A stretch of 64,000 bases of DNA from an uncultured Candidatus Saccharibacteria bacterium (GCA_964430335.1 CAYSEN010000001.1:1653-65652), one strand, 5' to 3'. Positions 37,772 to 48,467 are shown, numbered from the stretch's first letter. Numbers and translations are program-made. Notes: a model not told the origin generated them from the sequence alone.

Positions 37772-38200
37772 CTATCTATTTTCCATAGTCTCTTTTACTC
37801 CTGGATTCTGAGTGTCATTTATATCAAGGCTCCATGTGAGATCCTTGAGTTTGCTATCAGATAACTTTGGAACATATAGAGGTGACTGTGACTCCACTTC
37901 TTCTTTGTGCTGAGGTTTCTTCTCAGTTTTCTTCCAAATATAGAGCTTGTCAGTGAAAAAATATTTAAATGCTGCTTCAACCACAAAGACGAAAGGACGA
38001 TTGTTAACCTTGTATAGCGCTAAAGCAAGGGAAAATGCTATTACTGGAGCCATTAAAAATATGGCGATATAAAAGTTTAGGTAATGGTATATTATAAATG
38101 AAAGACCTGCCCCACCAGCAAGATAGACAAATTGTTTGACCGTAAAAGGGCCGAAAATTTTGTCTTCAATTTCTATGAATTGTGGAACTTGGAATCTCAT
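37772..38200 (-). CDS. PrgI-family / VirB3-like small T4SS membrane protein
   Basis: MRFQVPQFIEIEDKIFGPFTVKQF followed by two TM helices. Position directly upstream of virB4. Confidence 0.65.
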   Translation of the reverse strand: MRFQVPQFIEIEDKIFGPFTVKQFVYLAGGAGLSFIIYHYLNFYIAIFLMAPVIAFSLALALYKVNNRPFVFVVEAAFKYFFTDKLYIWKKTEKKPQHKEEVESQSPLYVPKLSDSKLKDLTWSLDINDTQNPGVKETMENR

Positions 38201-38208
38201 TTGTTTTT

Positions 38209-40038
38209 TTAAGCTATAGGTTCTCTGTAAGGGTCAGAACTATATTTTGCCTCAGTCTTCTTTGATTGAACAGGAGCTCCTAGTTTCTGTTCAATGATAT
38301 TTTTTGCAGGCATTGTTGGTATTGGTCTTTGACCTATCACTATTTTTGGAATTTCTCTAGGTGTTTCTTTGATTGGGTTTTGTGATGGAGTGCTGGAAAT
38401 ATTAGGCGTAGAGGCTTTAGGTGCTGGTGCGATTACTATTTTCGGCATTGGTTCTGGAGCCTTTGGTTTTGGTGGCGCAGGAGGTTGCGGTAATCTGTCC
38501 TCTACTGGTTTAGGTGGTGCCACAGGAGGCCTTGGTGGTGTCGGAATCTGAGAAACTGGTTTCGGAGGCATTGGGGGAACAGGAGGGGTCGCACTACTTA
38601 CAGGCTTTTGAGGGGGCACAAACTTCGGTGGCTGTGGAGGAACAGGTTTTGCTGGTTCTGCGGGTCTGATATTTTGAGAAATTTTAACTTTTTCTGGCTC
38701 AGGCTTAAACCAATCCTGCGCTGTGAATTTTTCGGTATCTAGAGAAGTAGATGAATTTGGATTTTCGATATCTTTTAAAATTGCTTCTCTGTTAGGCAGG
38801 ACTTCCTCGCTCTTTTTTATAGGTTCTGCTTCGTTTGGTTGTATTGGTGAGAGTCTCGTTTTTAGGGTGTTGCTTGTGTATGAAGAAGGCACTTCCCCGT
38901 TTACTTGTTTTAACGCCTCACGTATTTTAAGGAAAACTTCGTTATTAATTTCTTGGGCAAGAGATTTGGTTTTTTCTTCATTAATTCCGAGTCTTCTTGA
39001 TAGTCTTGGTAAGAATTGAGATGTGGGCGTCATTCCTAGAATAACCATGCCTGTCTCTTCCCCGAGTTCCCCGAGCTTGTCTACATGTAGAGCATATTTT
39101 CTACCGATGTCCAAAACTTTTTTTGCGGAATCAACAGATCTCAATGCGTTTTTTAATGTGTAAGGAAGTTTGTCGAATCTGGCCTGTAGCTCCTTTTCGC
39201 TCAACTTGCTCGAGAGCATTTTCAGGAATGATCCGAGAGGATTTTCGGACATTCTTTCACTATTCATTTCAACAATAGGAGGTCGGCTAAAATTACTTTG
39301 CGCACCGCTAGAAATCTCTGAGCTATTTGCCGTTGAGGTTGGTGTGTAGACTTTTGTGGTGGAGAATTCTGATAGTGGCTGTGGAGGAACAGGGGCTAAT
39401 TTGGATGGCTGGAAATTCTCGAAACCAAAATCCTTTGTGTTACTAATGTATGAGGGTTTGATTTCAGCTTGTTCTTTTGGTTTCTCCGGAATAATTTTTT
39501 TAATTGGTACAGATCTTTCCTGGCTCTGAGCGACTGATTCAGCGGAATCAGGTTCTGATTGCGAATCGATTTTGTCTTGCTCATTAAATTCGATTCCGGA
39601 ATCGTTTATCGGCATTCTTGGGGCGCTAATTTCGGCTTCTTGTGTTTCAGTATTTTCCTGTACAGGATTTCCCTCTTCTTGTGCTTGTGTTTCGGCCGGA
39701 GTTTCGTTGATTGTTAAAGGAGAAATGCCGAGAGCTGGCAGTATTTTGGTAAAAATTTTTTCGTTGATCTCGCTTACAATGGTCGCAACTTTTTCTCTAT
39801 TATCCTCGTCTAATTTTTCTAGTAACTTTTCCTCAAATTCAGTAACCGGTATTTCCTTTTTTGCGATCTTTTCTATTACCTCGCAAGTCTCGCCTATTTC
39901 GGCGTAGGTTATTTCTATTTGATTTAAAATTTCCTCGATCCGTTCAATAAGGGCCGTATCTGGGAAAACAGAATTAAACTCCGGGTTTAACCTTTTAATT
40001 GTTTGAAGTAAATTGTTTTCTTGTGAAATGAATTTCAT
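38209..40038 (-). CDS. proline-rich hypothetical protein
   Basis: 609 aa with the long Pro-rich tract PPVPPMPPKPVSQIPTPPRPPVAPPKPV...PPAPPKPKAPEP. No TM seen. Confidence 0.55.
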   Translation of the reverse strand: MKFISQENNLLQTIKRLNPEFNSVFPDTALIERIEEILNQIEITYAEIGETCEVIEKIAKKEIPVTEFEEKLLEKLDEDNREKVATIVSEINEKIFTKILPALGISPLTINETPAETQAQEEGNPVQENTETQEAEISAPRMPINDSGIEFNEQDKIDSQSEPDSAESVAQSQERSVPIKKIIPEKPKEQAEIKPSYISNTKDFGFENFQPSKLAPVPPQPLSEFSTTKVYTPTSTANSSEISSGAQSNFSRPPIVEMNSERMSENPLGSFLKMLSSKLSEKELQARFDKLPYTLKNALRSVDSAKKVLDIGRKYALHVDKLGELGEETGMVILGMTPTSQFLPRLSRRLGINEEKTKSLAQEINNEVFLKIREALKQVNGEVPSSYTSNTLKTRLSPIQPNEAEPIKKSEEVLPNREAILKDIENPNSSTSLDTEKFTAQDWFKPEPEKVKISQNIRPAEPAKPVPPQPPKFVPPQKPVSSATPPVPPMPPKPVSQIPTPPRPPVAPPKPVEDRLPQPPAPPKPKAPEPMPKIVIAPAPKASTPNISSTPSQNPIKETPREIPKIVIGQRPIPTMPAKNIIEQKLGAPVQSKKTEAKYSSDPYREPIA

Positions 40039-40050
40039 AAATCAATTTTT

Positions 40051-43000
40051 CTAAGCCTTTCGCCATTGATCGCTAGCAAAAGTAATTTGCTTACTCGGTG
40101 ATTCAGCCTGATTTTCCAGTTCACTGTACACACTTCTGAGTTCAGGGCTCAAAGTTTCGATCGGTCTGGTTATTGTTTTACTTCTAGGATCTAGGAATAA
40201 ATATTTTAACAATCTTCTGTTTTCATCGGTAACTAATCCATAACCATCTTTCTCTGCTTTGTATGATTTCAATAAACTTTCGAATAGAGATGTAATATCT
40301 TCGCTGTCCTTGTCCTTAAATTGTTGGAAAATACCTTCATCGATCATTGAGTGCACTATCTCGCTATTTCTTGTTCGGCTTCTAGCGCCAGCTAATTCGT
40401 TCGCAGCTCTTCCTGACTTCCAGTTTAAGGCAATACTTCTTCTTAATGTGTCTCCAAGAGTGCCTTTTGAGTAAGTTTCCATGAAAGCTGTGTTCATTGT
40501 CTTGCTTATTTCATCTGGTGTTGCACCAGGCGTTGATGTAAGTAGTGCTTGTTTAGCATCTTCTGCAGCTTTTTTGGCTGCATCAAATGCCGCTTTTCTG
40601 GTCACACTCTCTTCCATTGCTTTCTTTTTTACTTCCTCGATTTCTTCCTTGGTTGCGGTAGGTTTTGAAGCCTTTAGGGCAGCCACAGCCTTTTCAGCAT
40701 CTCTTTCCCCATCACTTTTTATGTAGTTAGGGTCATTTGTTACTACGATCTTATCCATGTCAGAATCTTTATCGTAACTTAATCGGTCTCTTAGGTTAAA
40801 GGCGAAGTTTTCATTTGTTCGTATTTCCTTGTTTGTTAACCCCCATCTCATTGTGTGAACTAGCTCTTTTATGTCAAACATGTTTGGAGCTACAAATGAC
40901 GCCAGTTCGTATTCAGGTAGAGTCATCTTGTTTCTAGCCCAAGCTTTAAGATTACCTGGAAGGGTAGGCTTTGATTCAGGGTTTTCAATCTTCTCACCTG
41001 TGTTAAGTACTGCATACCTCACTCCGTTGATTGTTTGAATTGCACTTTCATCTACATCGCCGTTCTCTGGGTTTACCTGAACTTTACCGTCCAAAATGGC
41101 TTTTCGTACCGCTGCCTTCTTAGCGTCGTAATCATCAACCTGTTTTTGATAAACTGCGAATTGTTGAATTTCGTCTTTCCATCTTGAACCAATCATTTCT
41201 TGTTTTTCTTCCATTGTCCAGTGATCATTGGCAAGCACAGCCTTTAGTTGTTTCAGGGTGGCGTACCTTGAGAATTCTTCAATAGTGTGTTCATCCAGAT
41301 CGGCAAAATCCTCCGGTGCAATCCTTGTTACCGCTGAAGACAGTGCAGACTCGGCTTTCTTAGTGGCATCGTCGGCCAACTTGATTCTAGCCTGATCTTT
41401 ACTTGCTCTAGCAGCTTCCATTTCTTCCCTAGCTTTATCCAGCTGAGTTAGTCCGGATTTAGCAAAATCAATTTGCCCAAGTGCAAATCTTCGATTTTTT
41501 AGTTTCTCACTATCTTCATAATATTCTTCAACTGACTCTTCCCCACCAAATTTTGCATGGGCTCCAAAAAGGGATCCACCGGTAGTCTTTTTTCTTATAA
41601 AACTTCCCAATTCAGTAGCACCAAAACCTGTACGTTTGAATTTTTTATCCAATTCGTTGATATCGATATTTTTTTGTACCTTTTCCGCTCCGCTCTTAAA
41701 TTTGTCACCAAAATTTTTAAGTCCTTCTCTACCCGTCCATTTTCCAAGTGTACTAGCGGCTCCACCGACAACATTTCCAACTGCGGATACATATGTGCCT
41801 CTAACTACAGTTCTACCAACAAACGCTCTGGCCTCCTTCCCTACCTCATCTGCAAACTCAACTCCAGTCGCCTCAAGTTTGTGAGCCACCATGATTGAGC
41901 CTAGCATCAATCCAATTAGAAGAATGAAGTTAAATACAAATGCTAGTCCTGCCGTTGTGCCGTTGTCTGCACCTCCAGTACCAAAGATTAGTTTAGCGGC
42001 TGAAACGGCGGTAGAGGCCGCTGAGTACGCAGTGTCTTGTCGGTTTACGGTCATAACACCAAACTTAAATGCATCAGTTTGAATGGTTAAAACTACCACA
42101 TAGCAAAGCGCCATATATATCGGTGCGAATATAGATTGGCTGATGAGTTTTTCCTTCCATTCCTCCGCGTAGTGTTCGGTAGAAGGAAGCACAAATGATA
42201 GAAAACCTAGAGGCGAAAGAATCATTACCATCATAAGTACTACCACTCTTATTATGAAAAGTATGGCTGCTACTATGAAAACGTACGCGGCGGTAATCAT
42301 CAAAATAATGCCGAATATTCCAATTAAAATAATTTTGCCAAAGTTTATTACTCCTCCCGCGATTTGGCTGTTAAGATCAGACTGAATGCCTGCCTGTTGC
42401 AATGCTTGGCCCCCTGCGGTTTGCGGTTCGTAGACTGTTTGTATCTTGAGACCTTCCATGAACGCTCCTGAAAAACTTGAGGTCGGAGTAGCGTAATTAC
42501 TTACAAAGGACTGTATTTCATCCCCGTTTGGTTTAGGATTTGGTGTCACAATCAGGTTATAGAAATGGAGAGCGACAATGTTTGACCCGTCAATAACAGC
42601 CTTTGTAATGAAAAGGCTGAAGTTCATGAGTAATGCCACGATAACGAGATTTACGATAATTTCCTTTGTCTTCCCTGTCGCTAGACCGAGAATGGTTCCT
42701 ATAGCTGTCCAAAGCAAAATGAAAATAAATAAAATATTGGCCAAATCTCTGAAGATTCTCCAACCAATGTCTACTATTGGCACATGCTTCATAAGGTCGG
42801 CCATGTTTAAGGTGTAGTAGATCGACATGTCTAAGATCTTTCCGGCTAGCCACAAAAACCATGAGAAAATCCACATGATTATGTAGACAATACTTGCTGC
42901 GCAAGCGTCCAGGTTTAAGGAAGGAATACCAAAATTGCCACTAAGACATCCGATGGTGGTTGGAGGATTTTTACCGTTTGCACCTTGGTTGTCGGCACTG

Positions 43001-43188
43001 GCCGCTTTTTGACCCGTGGATTGAGGTGTTGTCTGCGCCCCGTTAGGACTCGGTGCCGCAGCTCCTGTAACTACCGAGTTAGGGTTAAGTTCTTGAACCT
43101 GAGCGAAAGCCGTCTCAACACCCAGCGGGTTTAAAAAACCACTTAACAGAGTTGCTAGTATGAATGTTGATAATAAAATTTTTTTCAT
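40051..43188 (-). CDS. VirB6/TrbL-like polytopic membrane protein with ~550-aa charged C-terminal domain
   Basis: Signal peptide, at least six hydrophobic helices between residues ~95 and 450, then a Lys/Glu/Ala-rich tail. Confidence 0.55.
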   Translation of the reverse strand: MKKILLSTFILATLLSGFLNPLGVETAFAQVQELNPNSVVTGAAAPSPNGAQTTPQSTGQKAASADNQGANGKNPPTTIGCLSGNFGIPSLNLDACAASIVYIIMWIFSWFLWLAGKILDMSIYYTLNMADLMKHVPIVDIGWRIFRDLANILFIFILLWTAIGTILGLATGKTKEIIVNLVIVALLMNFSLFITKAVIDGSNIVALHFYNLIVTPNPKPNGDEIQSFVSNYATPTSSFSGAFMEGLKIQTVYEPQTAGGQALQQAGIQSDLNSQIAGGVINFGKIILIGIFGIILMITAAYVFIVAAILFIIRVVVLMMVMILSPLGFLSFVLPSTEHYAEEWKEKLISQSIFAPIYMALCYVVVLTIQTDAFKFGVMTVNRQDTAYSAASTAVSAAKLIFGTGGADNGTTAGLAFVFNFILLIGLMLGSIMVAHKLEATGVEFADEVGKEARAFVGRTVVRGTYVSAVGNVVGGAASTLGKWTGREGLKNFGDKFKSGAEKVQKNIDINELDKKFKRTGFGATELGSFIRKKTTGGSLFGAHAKFGGEESVEEYYEDSEKLKNRRFALGQIDFAKSGLTQLDKAREEMEAARASKDQARIKLADDATKKAESALSSAVTRIAPEDFADLDEHTIEEFSRYATLKQLKAVLANDHWTMEEKQEMIGSRWKDEIQQFAVYQKQVDDYDAKKAAVRKAILDGKVQVNPENGDVDESAIQTINGVRYAVLNTGEKIENPESKPTLPGNLKAWARNKMTLPEYELASFVAPNMFDIKELVHTMRWGLTNKEIRTNENFAFNLRDRLSYDKDSDMDKIVVTNDPNYIKSDGERDAEKAVAALKASKPTATKEEIEEVKKKAMEESVTRKAAFDAAKKAAEDAKQALLTSTPGATPDEISKTMNTAFMETYSKGTLGDTLRRSIALNWKSGRAANELAGARSRTRNSEIVHSMIDEGIFQQFKDKDSEDITSLFESLLKSYKAEKDGYGLVTDENRRLLKYLFLDPRSKTITRPIETLSPELRSVYSELENQAESPSKQITFASDQWRKA

Positions 43189-43194
43189 GATTCC

Positions 43195-45564
43195 CTATTG
43201 AACGTTGATTGTGCTTGTTTGTGTCGCAATCACACTCTCCTTTGATGTATTTGTGGCCGGTTTATACACTTCTGTAATCAATTGATACTTATATCCTAAC
43301 ACCGCACTGCTTTTAATGTGTCCGATCTGATCGATTTGTAACGAATTAGCCGAGGTTAGTGTTAGGGATTTGTTGTAAGTAAATGTTGTTTGTGACATAT
43401 CATCTGCAAAAAATACGAATTCTGTTTTTTTGTTTTCTGGTTTTGTGGTTTCGTTTATCTGGAAGGAATCAAATAGCGTTGAAAGTGAAAATGATGTTCC
43501 GTCCTGGCTTTTTAGGCTAATTCTTACTCTTAATCCCGGAATGTCTTGGTTGTTATCAAGTACCAAGGCGTTGCTAAATGAATCACCAGGGTTTTTGTTG
43601 ATGTTGTTGATCTGTGCCATTGCAAACGAAGTGTCTAATGGGGATGAGCTGTCTACCGGTCCACCACCTGTTGTGTTTGATGAGGTGTTAGTAGAAGGTT
43701 TGTAAAGCTCTACTTTGTAAATGGCAATTTCGTTTGGATTGGAAACCACGATAGCGTTCGCTGTTATCGGCTGATTTAGTGTGATAGTAAAGTCGTCTAC
43801 AGATCCAGAAAATGTGAAGTTGGAGTTAGCACCGCTGTTACTTGATGGGTAGTGGAAAACCACGTAACTCATAATGTCATTTTTCGAAACAGGAATACCT
43901 GTTTTGTCTGCTGGCATATTTGCTAGGTAGACTTCGTTACCAGTACCGTGACCAGGATATGATCGGACCTTAATAATTTGAACTTTATCAGATTGATTTA
44001 GAGCTGCAGACCACCAGTGTGGAGCAGGTCCACCGCTGGTCCAAGAAAAACTGTAACCCCCTACTGCGTTCTGAGGTCCGTAGGTTCTGCCATCGCCATC
44101 GATTCCTACATAAGACTGATTTAGCTTTGCGCTGTTTAGGTTAATACTTCTGTCCGGAGGTGCTTGTGTTGCTGGTTTTGTGACGACTGGTGCAGTCACT
44201 GAATTGTTGCCGTCAATAAATTCGTTTGTACCGTTTGCAATAGATGTGGTTTTGTCGATGTTCTTACAATAAAGTACGACGTTGTTGTAATTGGCTACAG
44301 TCCACTTTGTGGTGGTGTTGTCTGCGCCAATTTTTACTGTAGGCGTGTATGATGCCGTTTTGCTAACTACTCCGTTGATCTTTACCAATACTGGTGAAGT
44401 AAGGGTCGGTTGAGTGTTGGTCGGTGTATCAACTCCGTAAATGTTTTTATTAAATTCATTACAGAACTGAAGTCCTGTAGGTCCATTGGCACCTGTTGGT
44501 CCAATACCGTTTACATACAGACCGTCTGGAAGATTTTTTGCTTGGTTGTTTTCAGAAATGATTTGATCACTACTACTCTTAAGGGCCTTGTCTACTGCCG
44601 ACTGTCCTCCGTTGTCATATGATGGAGTACTTGCTCCAGCTAAGCCCCCTACTCCTCCTAAGACCTGATTTATTAGTTGTCCAACAAGCGCTCCCAATAT
44701 TGCATCAAGATCTTTTGCTAGGCCAACTCGGTGAACTTGCTCGCCAAGAGTGTTTGATAGTTGGTCTTCGATGAGTGACCCTGGCGTCGTGATCTTCCCT
44801 GTTTTTGGATCTACAGAAGAAAGAAATCCTTTACCGAAATCTAATTGTTTTGTAAGTCTAAACTGAACACCCGCAATTCTTGCGTCAACTGTGTTTACGG
44901 CTTGAAGATATGAGCCGTAAATATTATTTTGCGGAGTGACTGTTAGATTAAGCCAGTTATCCCATCCATTCTTGCCGAACACTCCTGTGGTGAAAGCTCT
45001 TTGTACGTTTTTTTGGATATCACTTAGTCTACACCCCACATACTGATAATAGTCAGGTCTCGAGTATTGAATTCCAAGGGAAATTCTTAATTGAAAATCA
45101 AAAGGACTACATACAATCGAACCGATTGGACCTAGGCCTTCAATGAAAGTTCCCGCAGCCTGATCGGCGGCGTCAGCCAAAAAACCTTGTAGGTTAGTTA
45201 CGTATAGAGGGCTTCCGCTAAAGCCGTTGTTGATCCAGTTTACGGTTTGGGCGGTGAAATTGTCGAGCAGAGATCTGGCCATGATCGTCACAAGTGGCTC
45301 GACAATACATCTCTGTATTGTAAAACCTGTAGTCTGACCTGCTGTTTCGCTGTTTGCGCTATGGTTTGCTGAGTCGTAAGTAGGCACAGCCTGTATTTGA
45401 TTGGCCACTCCTTGGGCTAACTGCTTACCTTTCGTTGCCAAAATTCCCGCCAGACAAGATGAATCGGCGTGCGCCCCATTTGGAAGAGCTGTTAGAAAAG
45501 GTCCTACTATCAAAAGTAATGTTGCGAGTATTCCGAAAGTTTTTTGTTTCAAATTATTTCTCAT
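43195..45564 (-). CDS. large secreted hypothetical protein
   Basis: 789 aa with a signal peptide (ILATLLLIVGPFLTALPNGAHA); Thr/Asn/Ser-rich, beta-rich C-terminal half. Confidence 0.55.
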   Translation of the reverse strand: MRNNLKQKTFGILATLLLIVGPFLTALPNGAHADSSCLAGILATKGKQLAQGVANQIQAVPTYDSANHSANSETAGQTTGFTIQRCIVEPLVTIMARSLLDNFTAQTVNWINNGFSGSPLYVTNLQGFLADAADQAAGTFIEGLGPIGSIVCSPFDFQLRISLGIQYSRPDYYQYVGCRLSDIQKNVQRAFTTGVFGKNGWDNWLNLTVTPQNNIYGSYLQAVNTVDARIAGVQFRLTKQLDFGKGFLSSVDPKTGKITTPGSLIEDQLSNTLGEQVHRVGLAKDLDAILGALVGQLINQVLGGVGGLAGASTPSYDNGGQSAVDKALKSSSDQIISENNQAKNLPDGLYVNGIGPTGANGPTGLQFCNEFNKNIYGVDTPTNTQPTLTSPVLVKINGVVSKTASYTPTVKIGADNTTTKWTVANYNNVVLYCKNIDKTTSIANGTNEFIDGNNSVTAPVVTKPATQAPPDRSINLNSAKLNQSYVGIDGDGRTYGPQNAVGGYSFSWTSGGPAPHWWSAALNQSDKVQIIKVRSYPGHGTGNEVYLANMPADKTGIPVSKNDIMSYVVFHYPSSNSGANSNFTFSGSVDDFTITLNQPITANAIVVSNPNEIAIYKVELYKPSTNTSSNTTGGGPVDSSSPLDTSFAMAQINNINKNPGDSFSNALVLDNNQDIPGLRVRISLKSQDGTSFSLSTLFDSFQINETTKPENKKTEFVFFADDMSQTTFTYNKSLTLTSANSLQIDQIGHIKSSAVLGYKYQLITEVYKPATNTSKESVIATQTSTINVQ

Positions 45565-45609
45565 GAAAAACTCCGTTACCCAAAAATAATTTGGATAACT
45601 TTGTGTAAA

Positions 45610-46584
45610 TTATAACTTATCAAAGAATTGGTAGCCATCCTCTCCTTTGCCGAAAACAACGTCTTTGCTAATAAAATAAGTTTTGAAGGCGGTTACTGAG
45701 TCCGGAAAATTTTTAGCACTGTCTGCGTAGCTAGCCACTCCTGGCAAAGCCTTTATCGGGTCAGTCAAAATGTATTTTAAACCGTTGATACTCCAGGCCA
45801 TGGCTTCTGTGCTATTTAGCAAAGCCAAGTGAAAAGGAACAGCACTTTTTGGCACCTTCATTGCTAATAGAGAGACCCCGATTTTTTTATAGGCGGCGAT
45901 GTTGTCGTTTAATTTTTCAAGCTCAGCAGGTTTTTTACTCTCTTCTGCCCTGTTTACTATTTCTATCTCGTATTCTAGTTTTTTAGTTGGCGGTTTTTTT
46001 AGTAGAGATGCAATAGAATTGCCATAATTTTTTATAATCTCATTTGATTCCTCTGTAATTAAATTTAAGTCTGATTCTGAGTAAGTCTTTAATTTTTGAG
46101 TATCTATTTCATTTTTGATTGCTTTGTTTAGGAATTCCTGAAAATCAGCCTCAGTTGGAGGGTTTTCAGAATTTCCCGAAGCGATTACTTTCACAAAAAG
46201 CTCTCTTGAAAATTTATCGGTGTCGGTTAGATCTTGCTCGGTTTGTGAATTGATTTTACTGCCTACGGTCTCTTGGTCCAATTTGTCATTTGGCCCTGCA
46301 ACTGTTGGGTTTCTACCACTTTTTATCTCCGCTCCATCCATAACTCCGTCACCGTCAGAATCCGGATTGTGTGAGTCGGTTTTCCATAGTTGCTCTTCCC
46401 AATCTTTAAGTCCGTCGCTGTCATTATCAATTGCCAGGAAGGTGTTGTTTGGGGTCACCTTAGGAGTTCCTGCTACATAGGATGTTTTTTGTGTAAGTTT
46501 TGTGGTTAGAAAAATTAACCCAAAGATTACTATTGCTATAGAAATTAATATTAGTTTTTGTCTCTTTGGATTCATGTTAAGCAA
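45610..46584 (-). CDS. membrane-anchored protein with thrombospondin type 3-like Ca-binding repeats (first gene of operon)
   Basis: N-terminal TM helix. DNDSDGLKDWEE and NPDSDGDGVMDGAE Asp-rich repeats. Confidence 0.55.
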   Translation of the reverse strand: MLNMNPKRQKLILISIAIVIFGLIFLTTKLTQKTSYVAGTPKVTPNNTFLAIDNDSDGLKDWEEQLWKTDSHNPDSDGDGVMDGAEIKSGRNPTVAGPNDKLDQETVGSKINSQTEQDLTDTDKFSRELFVKVIASGNSENPPTEADFQEFLNKAIKNEIDTQKLKTYSESDLNLITEESNEIIKNYGNSIASLLKKPPTKKLEYEIEIVNRAEESKKPAELEKLNDNIAAYKKIGVSLLAMKVPKSAVPFHLALLNSTEAMAWSINGLKYILTDPIKALPGVASYADSAKNFPDSVTAFKTYFISKDVVFGKGEDGYQFFDKL

Positions 46585-46702
46585 AACTGCGCGGTAAAAT
46601 ATTCCGCACCACTATAAAAGAATTATATCAGAAAAATTACTATTTTTTTCCACAGATTTTTTTAAAATTTGCGACCTTTTTCTTTGTAGTATAATTATTC
46701 CA

Positions 46703-47692
46703 ATGAAATATTTTAGATTGATTATTCTATTGGCGATTTTGTTGCCCAACCTTACTTTTGCCATATCAATTACTAAGACTTTGAGAGTCGGCAGTAGTGG
46801 ACCAGAGGTTTTGGAGTTACAAAGAATTTTAAATAAAGATAAGCAAACAGAAGTTGCCAGTTTCGGCCCCGGTTCATTAGGCAACGAAACCAGTTTTTTT
46901 GGAATTGCGACTAAACAAGCGGTTATAAAGTTTCAGGAAAAATATAAAGACGAGGTTTTGATCCCTGCAGGTCTTTTACGTGGTACTGGAGTGGTCGGAG
47001 CTTTAACAAGAAATAAATTAGCTTCCCTCGATTTTGTCAGTAATGCCCTGCCTTTACCAAAAATTAACGAAAAAACCCCTAAAAACAACAATATTTTGGC
47101 TACCAGTTCTACTCCATCAGACGTTTCTGTGGATTTTAGCAATGTGCAGTTCGATCAGAATAGTTTCCTGTCCGCAATAGAAAAAGTTGGCACAGCGAAA
47201 GGTCTCTCAAAGGAGAAATTGGCCAATCTCAAGACTGAAGTCGAGAAAAATATAAATACCAACCATTCTGAGAAACTCTTTTTATCGAGAGTCCAAAAAA
47301 GCGGGGTTAAGATTCATGTTTCATCAAACGCAACATCAAATAAAAAACCGAATGGCCTCATGACATTTTTTGAAGGTGTTATGGACTTTTTTAAGCCAGA
47401 AAAAGCCTATGCTTTTGGTACGCCTTTTGGTGGCAGAGTGCTTTTCACTTTCCTTTGTACTTGCTCAGGAAATTGGTTGGTCACACTTATGCCGACTGGG
47501 CCAACCTATGCAACACTGCTCACTTATTACGAAGGTACTCAGGCTTACATGGGCTACAATTTACCATTCACGCTAAATGTCTTAGGTGAATACACACAAG
47601 GTTCAGTTTGCGAGTTTTACGTGGGTACTGCTTGTGGCGAAATCCCTTCCGAAGGAATGATTGGCCCAATTACAGGCAGTTCCCCACTATAA
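46703..47692 (+). CDS. secreted protein with peptidoglycan-binding (PG_binding_1-like) domain
   Basis: Signal peptide. GSSGPEVLELQRILN ... FGIATKQAVIKFQEKY pattern. Cys-containing C-terminal domain of unknown function. Confidence 0.6.
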   Translation: MKYFRLIILLAILLPNLTFAISITKTLRVGSSGPEVLELQRILNKDKQTEVASFGPGSLGNETSFFGIATKQAVIKFQEKYKDEVLIPAGLLRGTGVVGALTRNKLASLDFVSNALPLPKINEKTPKNNNILATSSTPSDVSVDFSNVQFDQNSFLSAIEKVGTAKGLSKEKLANLKTEVEKNINTNHSEKLFLSRVQKSGVKIHVSSNATSNKKPNGLMTFFEGVMDFFKPEKAYAFGTPFGGRVLFTFLCTCSGNWLVTLMPTGPTYATLLTYYEGTQAYMGYNLPFTLNVLGEYTQGSVCEFYVGTACGEIPSEGMIGPITGSSPL

Positions 47693-47698
47693 TTTGTA

Positions 47699-48466
47699 TT
47701 AAATTATCTTAGAAAGAGTAAGCCAGTCTTTTAAACTAAGTTCTTCTGGTCTGGATTTTTCTGATAAACTCATGTTTTTTAGAATTTCCGGATCAATTTT
47801 TAAAGTTCCAGTTAGCATTTTTCTCTTTTGACCAAAGGCTTTTTTGGTAATTTTCCAAAAATTTTCCTCGTGGGCGGCTGATTCAAAGTTTGCTCTAGAA
47901 ATATTCTCGATGGCAAGAATGGCCGAGTCCACTTTTGGCGGAGGATTAAAGTTTCCTTTAGTCACTGTGGCAACATACCTTGGAGTCCCGTAAGCTTTCA
48001 CTCCCAAGGACATAAGACTTTCCTTGTTGTCTTTCGCAACAATTCTTTGTGCCACTTCTTTTTGTATCATGAACACAATTTTTGAAGGCTGGTTTTCGCC
48101 AGCAAGGAATTTCCTAAGTAGCAAACCGGTAATGTAGTAAGGTATGTTGGCAATTATTTTGTATTCATTTGACCTTAAGTCATATTTTTCTGGACTGAAT
48201 TCCAAAATATCCCCTTCTATTAGGTTTAGCTGACCACTTTTTATCTCGTCTTGAAATTTAACACTCAAAGGCTCGATTAGCCTTCTGTCTTTTTCAATCG
48301 CGATTACTTTAGCTCCGGATTTTAATAGTTCGCTAGTCAGTACTCCCATGCCAGGGCCGGCTTCAACAATGATGTCGCTCGGTTTAATGTCTCCCGAATC
48401 GACAATATCTCCAAGAGCTTTTTTGGAGTTTAAAAAGTTTTGACCAAGTGATTTTTTCTGAAACAT
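47699..48466 (-). CDS. rsmA: 16S rRNA (adenine1518/1519-N6)-dimethyltransferase
   Basis: KKSLGQNFL, VEAGPGMGVLT and NIPYYIT motifs. Confidence 0.9.
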   Translation of the reverse strand: MFQKKSLGQNFLNSKKALGDIVDSGDIKPSDIIVEAGPGMGVLTSELLKSGAKVIAIEKDRRLIEPLSVKFQDEIKSGQLNLIEGDILEFSPEKYDLRSNEYKIIANIPYYITGLLLRKFLAGENQPSKIVFMIQKEVAQRIVAKDNKESLMSLGVKAYGTPRYVATVTKGNFNPPPKVDSAILAIENISRANFESAAHEENFWKITKKAFGQKRKMLTGTLKIDPEILKNMSLSEKSRPEELSLKDWLTLSKII

Positions 48467-48467
48467 A

